DNA of 64,000 nucleotides from Rebecca billardiae RCC1528 (lineage: Eukaryota; Protista; Haptophyta), in contig OZ251223.1 of NCBI GenBank assembly GCA_965240325.2, positions 3,224,001-3,288,000 on the forward strand, in the 5' to 3' direction. The translations under genes and the position numbers were made by a program. The notes under the pieces are model-generated. The model did no database searches and was not told where the DNA came from. It worked only from the letters and a program-made list of their open reading frames with translations. Below are positions 11,053-24,441 of the stretch, one piece after another (position 1 is the first letter of the stretch; every line of letters starts with the position of its first letter).

Positions 11053-14000
11053 CTAGACGCGCGGCGCCCACATGGATGCGCCGGCGCCGCCGAAGGCATT
11101 CGGAGCGGGCGTCGTCGATGGCGCGCCGAAGCCGCCACCGCCGGTAGGCGCGCCGAACGCGCTTCCGGTCGTCGCCGTCTGGCCGAGTGCGCCGAAGCCA
11201 GTGGGCCCCGACGTCGCTGGCGCCTGCCCAAAGGCCATGCCACCGGTGCACGCCGGCATGAACGCGCCGCCGCCGGCTGCGGGTGAGCCGAAGGGCGATC
11301 CGGTGGCACCGAGCGCAGACTGCTGCCCAAACGCTGGGCGCAGGGGCGTCGCAGCACTCGCGGCGCCAAAGGCGCCGCCGGCACCACCGCCGAGTGGCGC
11401 GGGCTGGCCGAAGACGGCCGTGCCGGGCGAGCCGCCGCCGCCGAACGCGCCACCCCCCGCCGCCGGCTGGCCGAACGCGCCGCCGCCGCCGCCGAGGGCC
11501 GACGGCTGGCCAAACGCGGGCGCGCCGCCCCCCGCCGCCGGCTGACCGAACGCGGGGCCGCCGCCGGCCTGCTGACCAAAGGCCGCGGCGGGCTGGCCGC
11601 CGCCAAAGGGCGTGGCGGCGGCGGCGCCCGCCCCTTGTGCGCCGCCCCCGAACGGCGTGGCGCCCGCGACCGAGCCGCCCGCGCCCAGGCCGCCGCCACC
11701 GCCCAGTCCGGAGGGCTGGCCAAAGGCGGGCGTGGTCGGCGCGCCCAGCGGGCGCGCGCCGCCAAACGCGCCGCCAGCCCCGGCCCCCAGCCCGCCGCCA
11801 GCGCCCAGCCCGCCGCCGCCAGCGCCGAACGCGGGTGCGGGCGTGGCGCCAGCCGCAGACGCGCCGAACGGCGTGCCGGCCGCCGGGGAGCTTGACGCCG
11901 TCGTGCCGAGCGCCGACGCGCCGAACGCGCCACCCCCCGCCGCCGGCTGGCCGAAACCGCCGCCACCAGCCGCCGCGCCGCCGCCGAAGAGTGCGCCGCC
12001 GCCGGGCGGCGCAGCGCTCGTCCCGCCCAGGCCGGCGCCCGCGCCGAACGCGGCGGCGGCGGTCGCGGAGGGCGGGGCGGCGGCGCTGCTGGACGGGCGC
12101 GGCGCGCCGAAGATCGTCGAGGGCGCCGAGGAGGCGCTGAGCGCGCCGCCGAGGCCGCCAAAGCCGCCAAAGCCGGCGCCGAGCGCGTCGACGGCGCCGG
12201 CGCAGCCCGCGCCGCCCGGCGCCGGCGGCGGCGCGCTGGCGGCTGGCGGCGGCGCCCCCGCGCTCGACGCAGCGCCGATGGGAGAGACCGCGCTCGCTCC
12301 ACCAAACAGCCCGCCGCCCGCGGCCGCCGCGGCGCTCGGCGGCGGCGCGCTCGTCGCGCCAAAGCCGACTGAGCCCGAGCCGGGGCCCCCGAAGCTGAGC
12401 GGCGCGGGCGCAGCCGCGCCGCCCGCCGGCCCTGCGGAGAAGGCGGTGCCGAGCTCGGCGCAGCCAAAGGACGGCAGGCCCGAGGTCGTCGCAGGGGGCG
12501 CGCTGGATGCCGCGGTGCTCGGCGGCACGCCCAGCGGCGCGGCGCCGCCGCCGAAGGCGGCAGTGCCCGCGCCGCCCGCGCTCGGCGCGGCCGCCGCGTC
12601 CGCCGGCATCGTGCCGCGCCTCTCGACGAGCTCCTCCGGGAAGCGGCCGGCCGCGTGGCGCGCGCAGAAGTCGTGCGCGCGCTCCTCCTCCGGCGTGGGG
12701 CCGGACTCGGAGCCAGGCGGCACGAGCCGCGCCTGGCTCGTCTGCAGAGCCTCGGAGCTGGCGAGCGCCGGGCTGACTCCCAGCGGCGGCGCGCTCGCGG
12801 CCGCAGCCGAGCCGGGCGGCAGCCCCGACGCGGGGGCGGGCGGCGTGGCGACGCCTGCGCCAAACACGCCGGGAGCCGGCGCGGCACCGGCCGCGCTCGT
12901 CGGCGTGGTGACGGTGCTCGTCGTCGGAGCGGCAGCCGCGCTCGCCGCCGCCGAGGCGCCGAGCGGCGAGCTACCCAGCGTGAAGCCCGCGCCCAGCCCG
13001 GCGAACGCGCTGCCGCCTGCGGCCGGCGTGGCCCTTGGCGCCGTCGACGAGGGCGGCGCCGCGCTGCCGCTGCCAAACAGGCCGCCGCCGCCCGCGCCGG
13101 GCGGCGCGGCCGCCGCGCCAAACAGGCCCAAGCCAGCGCCGGGCGGCGCGGCGCTCGTGCCGCTCGGCGCCACGGTGGGCTTGGGCGCGGGCGGCGCGGG
13201 CGCGGTCGAGCCCGCGCCCGCCGGGGCCACCGTCGTCGTCGTGGTCGTCGCGCCCGACGGCGCGAGCTGCGCCGGCGCCGAGCCGGCCGCGCCGGGCGGT
13301 GGCGGCGCCGAGTGCGACGCGCCGGTCGGGTTGAATGCGAAGAGCGGCGTGGCGGTGGGCGCACAGCTGGCGCACGCCGCGGAGAAGGCGCCGCCCAGCG
13401 GCTTGCTCGTGCCCGACGGCGCGCCGTCCGGCGTGGGCGTGGGCGCCGACGCCGTGCCCGCCGAGGGCAGCGCCGGCGCCGCGCCGCCGTCGGCCGCTGC
13501 GCGCGAGCCCACCAGCCCGAACGGGGCCGCCGCCGACGCGCCGGCTGGCAGCAGGGGCGCGCTGCTCGGCGCGGAGGGCGCGCCGAACAGCGGCGGGGCG
13601 GAGGTGCCCAGCGCCGCGCCCGGCTCTGGAGGCGCGGACGAGGGCGGGCCTTTGGGCCTGCACGCGCTCCCACCGCCCGCGGGCGTGCTGCCGCCCGCGC
13701 CCGCGCAGCCTCCGCCAGCCGCGCCGCTCGCGCCCGTCGGCCCGCCGCCCTTCTGCGCGCCGTCCGCCGCCTTGGCCGTCGGCCCCGGGCTCAGCGCGCT
13801 CGCAAGGCCGGCGGGCGCGAGCGAGAGCTTGCTGCCGCCGTCCACAGCGCCGCCGCCGCCGCGGCCGAGCGCGGACCCCGCGCGGCCGCCGCGCGCGTGC
13901 TTGCTGCTCGCGGCCGCCTCGTGCCTCTGCCTGAGCAGCTCGTGCAGCACGCCGATGCGGTGCCGCCGGCCCGCGCGCTCCGCGCCGTCGGCCTCGTCGT

Positions 14001-15812
14001 CCTCCGCGCGGCCATCCTCGTCCGCGCGGCCGCCGCCGCCGCCGCCCGCCGCGCCGAGCGCGTCGCCGCCGTGCGCTTCGCGCAGCTCGCTCGCCTCAGA
14101 CTCGAGCACGGCGAGCCGGGTCATGAGCGCGCGCAGCGACGCGTCGTGCTCGCGCAGCAACGCCTGCAGCACGGGCAGGGCGGCGGCCGCGTCGCCGCTC
14201 TCGAGGGCGGAGGGCTCGGCCGAGGGCGGCAGCGTGCTGCGCAGCCGCGCCATCCGCTCCTGCGCGCGCGGCGCGCGGCGGGCGGCGCGCGCGCAGCGGG
14301 CCAGGGTGCCACGCGGCCTGCGATCAGCGCCCTGCCCGACGCCCCGCCCACCGCGCGCCGCGCCGCTCCGCCGCGCGCATGCTGTGCTGCGCACCTCGAC
14401 CAGCAGGCTGGTCCGCTGCATGGCGCGCACGGACGCGCCGTCGAGCTTGGGCGCGGCCAGCATCTCGATCTGGTCCGGCTCGCCTGCGCGCGCGCCGCGC
14501 GGCGGCGTGGCGTGCGCGCGGCGCGTGAGAGTGCGCGCGCGCTGCCGCCCAGGCGCCGGCGGAGGGGCGGCCGACGCGCAGGGGGCACGCGCGCGCGCTG
14601 CCGGCGGCGCGGTGGGCGCGGCGGCGCACCGCCCTGCCGCGCCGCATCGAGCATCGAGTCGATCGCGTGCGCGAGCTCCTCCGCGCGCCGCAGCTGCGCC
14701 TGCATCGCGCGGAGGCGCGCGTCCGCGTCGCTCGCGCCGCCGATCACGGTGCGCCTGCGCTCCTGCGCGCGCGCCACGTCGGCCGACCACGCCTCGCCGT
14801 CCGCCGCCCACGCGCCTCCAAAGTCGTCGCAAGCCTTGGCGAGCTCGGCGGCCTGTGTGCGCACCTGGCTGAGGCGCTCGCGCAGGCTGAGTGTCTTCTC
14901 CTCGAACGCGCGGCCGAGCTCGTCCGCCGTCTCCGCGTCCAGCCCCGCCGCCGCCGCCGCCGCGCGGTGCCAGTCGCGCGCGCTCTCGACGCACGCGCGG
15001 TCGTCCGCGTTGAGCGACTTGGGCAGCGGCGCGGCCGAGGCGGCGCGCCCCGAGCTGCCGCCGGCTCGCCCGCCGCTCGAGCCCGCGCCGACGGAGCTCC
15101 ACACGTCGGCCCTGCGCGCGGGCGCCGGCGCGCCGCTGGGCGCGGGCGCCGCGCGAGAGCCCGCCGCCTCCGTCGCTGCGCGGCGACGGGAGCGCGCGCC
15201 GAGCCGGGCGCGTGCGTCGGGCGGGTCGTGAGCCGTAGGGCGCGGGCGGAGGGGCGCGGGCGGAGGGGCGAGGGCGGCGCGCCGCGCGCGCACGCAACGC
15301 ACGCACCCGAGGCCGCAGAGCCGCTCGATCGCGTCGCGGCCTGCGCAGCGCCAGCGCCGACAGCTGGCGCGGGCTTGGCGCCGGTGCCGCCATCGCCCGA
15401 GCGGGCGCCGCCGCCCTCGCCGCCGCCGCTCGCGCCGCCGCTCGCGCCGCCAAACAGCGAACGAGACGGCGCGCTCGACGACGCGGCGGGCATCGCAAAC
15501 TGGCGCGCGCGCGAGAGCGCGGGCGGCTCCTTCTCGGGCTGCGAGCTGCCGCCGCCGGGCTGCTCCGCGCGCGAGGGTGCGGCGGGCTTGGGCGCGGCCG
15601 CGGCCGCTGCGCTCGGCTGCGCAGCCGGCGGCACGTTGCTGCCGCCGCCGTCAGAAGACGACGCGGCGGGTGTGGAGGCGGGCGGAGGGGCGGCGGCGGC
15701 GCTGACGCTCGGCTTCGAGGGGGGCTGCGAGGCCGGAGGCGCGCTGCTCACAGGCGGCGCGCTGCTCGCACCGCCCCCGAACAGCGAGCTGCCGGAGGTG
15801 GCCGTGCCGAGC

Positions 15813-15863
<51 letters not shown>

Positions 15864-15872
15864 AAGCTGAAG

Positions 15873-15913
<41 letters not shown>

Positions 15914-17863
15914 AAAGGGCGCTGGCGCGCTGCTCGAGTCCTTCGGCGTGCCGAAGAGCGAGCTCGCGGCGCTCGAGCCGAAAAGGCCGCCGCCACTCGG
16001 CGCCCGGCCCGTGCCTGGCCCGGCGCTTGCGCCCGCGCCGCCGAAACAGCCCGTGCTGCCGAGCGCGCCGCCCAGCGGCGCCGCGCTGACTGGCGGCGCA
16101 GGCGCAGCTGAGCTCGGCACCGCTGCCGCCGCCGCCGGCTTGCACAGGACGGGCGCGGGCGCCGAGGAGCCGCTCGGCGCCGAGCTGGCCGGCAAGGACG
16201 CAGCCATGCCCCCGCACGCTAGCGGCGCCGACGGCGGCGCCGCGCCCCCGCCGAACGAGAAGCCGCCAGCCGCCGCCCCAAAGGGCGCGCCGAGCGCGGA
16301 GCTCGCCGCCGCCACGGGCGTGGCCAGCGCGCCGCCGCCGAGCGCGCCACCGCCGAACGGGCTGCTGCCAGCGAGCGCTGGCGGCGCGCCGAACGGCGCG
16401 GTGGCGGGCGTGGGGCCCGGCGCGGGCTGCGCCCTGGCCTCCGCGCTCGCAGGCGGCGGCGTGGCGCGCGGCTGCGGCAGCGCCGTCGGCTCGCGCATGA
16501 AGGGATACGCACTCGCGCACCCCGGCGCGGCCTTGGCGGCGGGCGCCTTGGTGTGCAGCACGCACCATGCGCACAGCGTGCCGCGGCCGGTGAGCATCCA
16601 CACGACGGGCGAGGGCGGGAGCGGCTCCTCGCCGGCGACGAGCGGCACCGGCCTGCTCGCCGTCAGGTCGAGCGCGAGCCCCACCGCGAACTGCTCGGCG
16701 CCCGACTCGAGCAGAGGCACCACGGGGGCAAACGACTCGTCTCGCATCTGCCAGCGCTTGAGCTCGAGCGCAGGCGCCGCCTTGCGCGAGCCGGCGCACG
16801 AGAGCTGGTCCGAGTCGTTCGACGCGAGGACGAGCGTGCGCCACTCGGGCAGGTGCAGCGCGTAGCACGCGCGCCCGGCGCGCGGCTCCCACGGCTCGCC
16901 CTTCGAGTCCTCGAAGCGGCCGCCGGCCGCCATCGGGCCGAGGTTGAAGCACGGGCACTCGGCCGCGCCCGGCTGGCCGCACCACATCCAGCCGAGCGCG
17001 GGGTCGGCGGTGGCGGGCAGCTGCCACACGAGCGTGCTCGTGTCGTAATCGCTCGTGCTGTAGTCCACCACGAGCAGCTCCGCGCCCGCGCAATGCACCG
17101 ACAGCACCACCGCCTCCTCAGCGCCGAGCTGCGCGAGAGGCGCGGCGATGGCGGCGGGCGCGGACGCCGCCGCCGGGTCGCGCACGTGGACCGAGCCGTC
17201 GGAGCGGCCGCAGAGCACGTGGGAGCCGTCGGCGGACCAGCAGACGCACGTCACGCTCGGGTCGTCGCACACGGACGCGCACGTGAGCTCACCGGCCGCG
17301 CCGGCCGCTGCCTCGGGCAGGCGGATGAGGCGCACGGAGCCGTCAGAGCTCAGGACGAGCGCCGCGCGCGCGTCGCTCGGGCTCCAGCGGATGGCGCGCA
17401 GGCGCGCATCGGCGGGCAGCTGGAGGTCGTGGGTTGCGATGGGTGCGACGCCCGTCGCACCGGGGCGCAGACAGCCGAGCTCAAAGACGTGCAGGCGAGC
17501 GCGGCCGTCGGCGCTGCCCACAGCGCACGCGCACACGCGCGTGTCGTCACACGTGAGCGCGAGCGAGAAGAGGGGTGCGTCGGCCGCGCCAGCGATGGGC
17601 ACGTCATGGAAGCACGGCGAGATGTCCTCGCCCGCGCACCACGCCGACTCGAGCGCACGGCAGCTCGCCCAGCGAAAGCCGCTCGGCGTCGCGTGGAGCA
17701 GCAGCCCGTGCGCGTTCGACACGCAGAGCACGTCGGCGCGATCATCCACGGGCCAGCTCTGCGAGTCGGAGCCCTCGATGAGCGTCGTTCGCCCCGTGTG
17801 CGACTTGTCGTTCTGCGAGTTCCGTCCGACGAACCGCACGAACTCGACCTCCTCGACGGACAT
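11053..17863 (-). CDS. NUP214: FG-nucleoporin Nup214/Nup159-like (beta-propeller, FG repeats, coiled coil, C-terminal FG repeats; predicted introns 15176-15306, 14484-14629, 14260-14394)
   Basis: N-terminal WD/propeller-like region from MSVEEVEF (VTCVCWSADGSHVLCGRSDGSV), SLFG/PFG repeats, a central heptad region and many AFGQP/TPFG repeats at the C-terminus. The splice sites restore the frame. Confidence 0.8.
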
Positions 17864-18659
17864 CGCGGGACGTGTCGGTCGCCGCTGCGACGACGGCTGC
17901 GCGCTTCGTCGGCTTGCGTGCCCGCCAGGCGCTGGCGACTTGCCGTGCCGTCTTGCCTTGTCCGGCTGCTCGAATGAGCAGCCCACGATGGCGGTCGTCA
18001 CTCACATAGTCACATCCGGCGCTGATCCCTTATCCCACTATGCCGCTAGCTATGACCTAGACAGAGGGACACACTGACTCGCTGACTCAGTCACTGAGTA
18101 CGGTACAGTATTACCGTAGTACAGTAGTAAGCTACCTAGTAGTACTCAGTACTTACAGGAGGCCATCAACCACAGCTGTTCAGACTGAGTCAATGCTAGC
18201 CTGCTGCTTCTACTTTCTAGCAGGGTTGAACCGCTTTGATTTCAGTCGGCAACATTCACCGTAAAGTACAATCTTCGTCATCTGCTTGGCCAACGCGCCA
18301 CACGTGGCATGCAGCATGACGGCGCAGCTCTGGCCTGATTCTTCGTCGGCAGCCGCTCGATCGTCGACAACTGGCTGTCTGGCAAGTCGCCGTAGGCGCA
18401 CGTTTGGCCGCTTCGAGTTCGAGATCGCCGAGACCCGAGCAGTGACTGTTAGTGGCTAGCTGCGCCTGCAGGCGCTCTCGGCGGCGCGGACGACCAGGCG
18501 GTCTGCGCGCGGATCTGATGAGGCCGCCAGCGCGGCGGGGCAATGCCAACTGCGCGACGTCGGACGCGCGGGTGGCACCGACTCGCCCTCCTCGAGACCG
18601 CCCATCACGGAATGGCGTGGATCAAGCCGTCGTTGCGCCGGCGCGGGAGTACGCGGCCT

Positions 18660-20426
18660 TCACCAGCGCGCGAGCAGCCCGGCCGGCACGCGCTTGAGCA
18701 GCACGTACTGGCCCCACGCGTTCTTGCGCGCCGACAGCCACGGAAGCCACAGCGCGCGCGTGAGGGCGGGCGACCGGCGCGCGTCGAGGAACGGCACGCT
18801 CCGTACGACCTCCCAGCCCCGCTCGGCCGACAGCCGAGGGCCATCGTCGCCGCCCTCGCCCCCGCCCCCCTGTGCGCCGGACGGCTCAAAGTCGACCACG
18901 TAGCTGCACGCGCGCAGCGGCACGTACCGGGACGGCTCGTCGGCGTTGTGCACGTTCATGCCGGGCGGCTCGGCCCGCGTGCCGTTCTCCGCGGCGAAGG
19001 GCTGCGGCAGCTGCCCGCGGAACGCCGAGCGCACGAACGAGAGGCACGCGCGCTCGTGCGGCACGAAGAAGGAGGACGGGAAGCGGTGCCACTGGCCGCG
19101 CACGCACAGCCGCGCGCGCGCGCCGCACGCTGTGCCTGCGCTCTCTGGCACGGCCGCGACGCGCACCGCGGGGTGCAGCTCGGGCAGCCCGCTCGGCGCG
19201 CGCAGGCTCGAGTACAGCGCGATCGGCGCCCGGTAGTACGACGTGATCGCCACCACGCGCGATGCCGACAGCGCGCCCGTCAGCAGCGCGAGCGCGAGCG
19301 CCAGCGCGCGCATCGTGCGCTGCGGACGCAGCCGCGGGCTGAGGGCGCGCGCGCACGCACGCACGAGGGCGTCGGCGCTGAGGGCGGCGCACACGCAGAG
19401 CGGCGCGTACGCCACGAACATGAAGCGCTCCTCCTTGTGCGCCACGCACGAGAAGAAGCCCACCCAGAGCCACAGCGCGGCCGCCTGCAGCCGCAGCCAC
19501 GCGAGCGTGCGGCTGCGCAGGTGCGGAGGCGCGGCGACCGACGGCGCGAGCAGCAGCGCGGGGAGCGCGAGCAGGGCGAGCGGGAGCGCCGCGTTGAAGT
19601 TGAGCGCCAGGTTGCGCAGGTAGAACGACGCGGGCTCCGTCCCGTACAGCTCCGAGCCGCCCGGTGCGCCGCCCTCCGCGCCCCCGCGCGCCGCCCACGT
19701 CGAGGGCAGCACGTTGTACGCGAGCAGGTTGAGTGTCGACACGGTCGCGCGCCCGTACAGGGACACGTCGGCGAGGGCGACGGCGCCGAGGAGCACGATG
19801 CCGGCGCGGCTCGCGTACGCCAAGAACGCGAGTGGGCCGTGCTCGCGCGAAAACATGAGCTCGAGCGCAAGCGGCACGCCGATCAGCGCCGCAAATGGCC
19901 AGCCGACGATCGCGGCGGCGGCGATGCACGCGACGGCGAGCCGCGGCTGCGCGCGGGCCGGGGACCAGAACGCCCAGCACAGCGCGACGAAGTACATGGC
20001 AAACGACGACGGGAGGTAGCTCACGCTCGCGTGGAACATCCCCGCACTCGACAGCAGGAACCACCACGCCCACGCGCCGACCGGCACGCCGAGGCTGCGC
20101 TGCACGCTGTCGAGCAGCAGCGCGTCGCAGAACGCCGACTTTGCGGCGAGGGCGAGGCGGACACCGTAGAAGGCACCAACGCGGCTTCGCAGCAGGAACG
20201 CAAAGATGCCACCGAAGAGGGCGTGGTCGAGCACATACAGGTACGAGCGCAGCGCGTTGCTCGGCGCGTACTCCCACGTCTGCAGGCCGCCGCCAAAGAG
20301 CACGTGATAGGTGGGCTCCCAGTAGTTGTACGTCTCGTCGCAGTCGCTGATGTTGCTCACAAGCGCGCTCAGAGCGCGGACGACGAGTAGCGAGCCGAAC
20401 GCGCGCTCGAACGTGAGCGCCATCAT
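18660..20426 (-). CDS. ALG9: Alpha-1,2-mannosyltransferase ALG9 (GT22)
   Basis: ISDCDETYNYWEP...GLQTWEYAP..ALRSY, HKEERF and WHRFPSSFF motifs; multiple TM segments; intronless. Confidence 0.93.
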   Translation of the reverse strand: MMALTFERAFGSLLVVRALSALVSNISDCDETYNYWEPTYHVLFGGGLQTWEYAPSNALRSYLYVLDHALFGGIFAFLLRSRVGAFYGVRLALAAKSAFCDALLLDSVQRSLGVPVGAWAWWFLLSSAGMFHASVSYLPSSFAMYFVALCWAFWSPARAQPRLAVACIAAAAIVGWPFAALIGVPLALELMFSREHGPLAFLAYASRAGIVLLGAVALADVSLYGRATVSTLNLLAYNVLPSTWAARGGAEGGAPGGSELYGTEPASFYLRNLALNFNAALPLALLALPALLLAPSVAAPPHLRSRTLAWLRLQAAALWLWVGFFSCVAHKEERFMFVAYAPLCVCAALSADALVRACARALSPRLRPQRTMRALALALALLTGALSASRVVAITSYYRAPIALYSSLRAPSGLPELHPAVRVAAVPESAGTACGARARLCVRGQWHRFPSSFFVPHERACLSFVRSAFRGQLPQPFAAENGTRAEPPGMNVHNADEPSRYVPLRACSYVVDFEPSGAQGGGGEGGDDGPRLSAERGWEVVRSVPFLDARRSPALTRALWLPWLSARKNAWGQYVLLKRVPAGLLARW

Positions 20427-20639
20427 CGGTGTCGGTGTCGGCGGTCGCCCCGCCGGTCCGGGTGGGGCAAGATCTTTCGGGGAAGCACCAGGCAAAGAAA
20501 TAGACCAGGCGGCGGGCCGGCGGCAGGCAGTGACAGCCGGTGACGACATCCTCACCGGCGGCGTGGCCGTGGGGCCTCGCCGAGCCGCCGAGCTGGGCGG
20601 GGTGCGCGCGTGCGGTCGTCGCTCTGGCGTTGACAGGCG
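20427..20639. promoter_or_regulatory. Putative bidirectional promoter ALG9/XPR1
   Basis: Divergent start codons only ~213 bp apart. Confidence 0.5.
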
Positions 20640-23442
20640 ATGGTGAAGTTCAATCAGCGGCTACACGCGAACGTCGTGCCCGGCTGGGCCGACGACTACG
20701 TGGACTACGGCCTGCTCAAGCGCGTGATCCACGACTTGGAGTCGCGCGGCGACGCGCCTTCACCCGACCTGACGACAGCTCTGCTCTCGCAGGTCGAGGC
20801 GCCTGAGGGCGTCGGGCAGCTGAACGCCTTCGTGCAGGCGCTGCTGCAGGAGGCGGACAAGGTCGAGCGCTTCTACGCCCGGCTGATGAAGGATGCCAAG
20901 TCGGAGTGGGAGGTGTACCGGCTGCGTCTGCACGCGCTCGGCCCGGATTCGCTCAAGGGCACCCCCAAGGTGCGGAACGCCGACCACGAGGACACGCCTC
21001 GCGACCGGCTGCAGTCCAATGTGCGCGATCTGTACCGCACGCTCACGCACCTGCGCAACTTTTGCATCGTCAACTACACCGGTGCGCGCCTCACGCCGCG
21101 CGGTGATGAGCAAGCGCGCCGGCGCCACTTGTGCCCGCGTGCTCATGCGCCCGCGCGCGCGCGACGCGCGCAGGTTTCGTCAAGATCACGAAGAAGTACA
21201 CGAAGCAGGCGACTGGGGTCGAGCGCCGCGCCGAGGACGTCGCGCTGTGCATGCGGTACGTGCACAAGTGCGAGTTCTCGGGTGACGCGGGCAACGCGTT
21301 CAGCGCACTCGACGAGCTGGTGGGCGAGGTGGAGCGCGCGTACGCGCTGGCGTTCTGCGGCGGGAAGGTGGAGGAGGCGCGCTTCCGGCTGCTCACGCGC
21401 AGGTGGAAGCCGACGGACTGGCGCACGTTCAAACGCGGCCTCAACATTGGCATCATGCTCCAGCTCATGCTGTGGGTCACCTGGTGCGGCCGCGGCCGCA
21501 TGCGCACGCGCGCGCGCCGCGGCTCGCTCCCCGCGCGCCGCGGCGGGCCGGCCGGGCCAGGCCGTCCACTCGGGCCCACGCGGGCATCTGCGCGTGCGAC
21601 CGCGCGCGCGCGCGCGCGCGCGCGCGTGCGGCCGCCGGGCGCAGGGTGGTCTTCATGGAGTCGAACATCCTGCGCTCGCCCACGTGGCAGCAGGTGCACA
21701 CCTCCTCCAAGTGGATGGTGCTGCAGCTGCCCGTGTACCGGTGTGCGCGGCGCGCGGCGCGCGAGGCGAGCGCGGCGTCCCGATGCCGGCTGGCGCCTGC
21801 ACGTCGCTGCCGCACCGCCGTGGCGTCGGCCGGGCCGCGCGCCGAGCGCTCGCTCGGTCGCTCATCCGCCGCCCCCCTCGCACGCCCTCGCGCCGCGCGC
21901 GTCCGGGCGCATCTGTCGCAGCGGCATCGGCTGCGCCACGCTCGCGCTGTGGTGCTGGGGCGCGTGCCTCTACTGCTGGAACCGCGGCCGCGTGCACTGG
22001 ATCTACATCTTCGAGTTCGACGAGCGGCAGGCGCTGCGGCACTCGGAGGTCTTCGACTGGGCGACGTCGTGGACGCAGTGGTTCCTGCTCAACTTCCTCC
22101 TCTTCTACAAGTCGCTGCACGGTGTCAACCCGATGCCGGTGCGCGCGACGCTGTTCCCGCTGCTGCTCTGCCTCTCCGCGATCGGCGTGGTGGGCTGCAC
22201 CTCGCCGCTGCGCTCGGCCTTCATGCTGCAGACCGCGCGCCGGATCGTGAGCGCGCCGTTTGGCGCGGTCGCGTTCTGGGACGCCTTCGCCGCGGACGGG
22301 CTCACCTCGCTCGTGCAGCCCATGTCCGACCTCGCCTACTCGGCGTGCTACTTTGGCTCGGGCGAGTGGCTGCAGCCGCACGAGCTGCAGGGCGCGTGCG
22401 GCCAGTCGACGGCCGCAAAGACGATCGTGATGCCGCTGATCGCCGCGCTGCCGCTGTGGTGGCGGCTGTGCCAGAATCTGCAGCGGTACAACGCGACGCA
22501 CTGCCGCTTCCCGTGGCTGCTCAACGCGCTCAAGTACGGCACCTCGCTCACGGTCGTCGTCTTTGGCGTGTTCCACCCACAGATGCAGATGCGGGGCGAG
22601 CTTACTCTGTACCGCGCCGCCTACTTTTGCGCCTTTGTCGGTGCGCGCGCGAGCGCGAGCGCGCGCGCGTGCGATGCGATGGGCCGGGGCTGAGGGCGGC
22701 CGCGCGTGGCCGCGCGCGTGCGGACACAGGCTCTACGCTCTTCTCCTTCTCGTGGGACGTGCTGATGGACTGGCAGCTGCTCGAGCTGCACTGGGAGCCG
22801 CGCGAGCTTGGCGCGCTCGGCCGGCGCTGGTGCGCGCGCTGGCCGCGCGCGCGGCTGCGGCAGCGGCGCATGTACTCGCCGACGGCTCTGTACTGGGGCG
22901 CCATCACCATCGACTTCTTCCTCCGCTTCATGTGGACGACGACGCTCATCCCATCCGAGCGCATGCTGCGGCAGATGCCCACCTTCTTCCCGCTCATCTC
23001 GCCGTTCACCGCCGCCGCCGAGGTGTGCCGCCGCGCGATGTGGTCTGTCTTCCGCGTCGAGTCCGAGCACCTGCACTCGGAGGGCTTCAGGCGAGTGCAG
23101 CTGGTGCCGCTGCACTTCGACGACGCGAGCACGAGACGAGAGAGCAGCGAGGTGCGGGCCGGAGCACGTGCCGCCCGCGCGCGCGCCTGGCATATCCGTG
23201 AGCGTGATGAGGTGTGCCAGGCCTCAGCCCGAAGGCCGAGACGCATCCACGCGTCTCATCTCCCGCCCGTGGGCGTCGCGCGCCGCGTGCGTCACGCCCC
23301 GCAGGCGTATGTCTCCCAGCAGCGGCGATCGCGCTTGCTCGTCATCACCGAGATCGTCGTCTTCGCGATCATCGTTGTCGCGCTTGCGACGACAGCAATC
23401 CTCACGCGCACTACTCGGCGAACAATCCCGTCGTCGCCGTAG
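20640..23442 (+). CDS. XPR1: SPX-EXS phosphate exporter (XPR1/PHO1/SYG1 family; predicted introns 21082-21173, 21484-21644, 21741-21921, 22641-22729, 23152-23304)
   Basis: SPX start MVKF...WADDYVDYGLLKR and NYTGFVKITKKY. EXS motifs FWDAFAADGLTSL, LNALKY, WDVLMDWQL and EVCRRAMWSVFRVESEH. Five GT-AG introns give one continuous frame. Confidence 0.92.
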
Positions 23443-24441
23443 TAGGCTGCGTATACGGCTGCCTGCATCAGCCTGCTGATACTGTAAGCCTGAGAGGCTG
23501 ATGACTCCTGATGCCGCTCACCCGCTGGCGCTGCTTCACCATCGCCGTGCGCGCGAATCATCGTGACGATCGTCGCGATATCGTCGCGTCACGACGTCAG
23601 TGCGGCGATGCCCTCCGGGTGACGACACTCAGTGCCCTCCCGCCAGTCCCCGGGAGTGCGGACCGCCCGCGACTCACAGTGCTGAGTAGTAGTCACAGCG
23701 ACAGCGTCGTCGTGGACGTGGCGCGGTAGCGTTATTCGCCCGCTGTCGTCAGATATAATTTTACGACGCGACTGGTGATGACGACTGATGATGATGCTAC
23801 TCCTCGACCGGCGTATAGTCGTCGTTATTATCGCTCGGATGCTCGTTATTGAGTATTGGCCACCATGGGCTCAGTCGGCGCTACCACTCTCGGGTCAACA
23901 GCTCGAAAGACGCACAGCATGAAGAGAGCCAAGTGATAGTAGAGAGGCTCACGGTGATGAGACTTGATGATGAGTGAGGCTGGGCGCGGCGCAGATCGAG
24001 CAGAGGGCGCCTGGACCTAGACAAGGGCCAGGTGCAGCGGCGTCCATCGGGCTGAATGCCGCGCACCTCGAGCCGCTGACTCAGATCGATGACAAGCAGC
24101 ACAGAGTAAGCACTGCTCATCATCAGCAAGCAGCCGAGCGTCGTACAGTAGTACTATATATATAGTCAGCATCTACTACTAGCTAATAATAGTCATCATG
24201 CTGCATGCATGAGCATCAAGTCACTGCTAAGCCGACCATGCAGCATCAGCAAGTGGCTGGTGCTGCTGATGGCGAATACAGCAGCAATACTGCTGTATTT
24301 ATAAGCTACGACTGCTCGTCGCAGCCGCTATACGACGACAACGACTGCTCGTCGCGGCGTCGTCAGTAAACCATACATACATCACCATCGATCAATACGG
24401 TCATCGTCATCAGGCGGCGGACTACTACTGTACTGCGCTAA

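Noticed and set aside
11400-12000. Repeated GCCGGCTGGCCGAA units resembling an array
   Set aside because: These encode AFGQP nucleoporin repeats; not CRISPR-like.
11612-14872. 1086-aa plus-strand ORF and other long ORFs overlapping Nup214
   Set aside because: Antisense shadow of the FG-repeat gene; stop codons are rare at this GC content.
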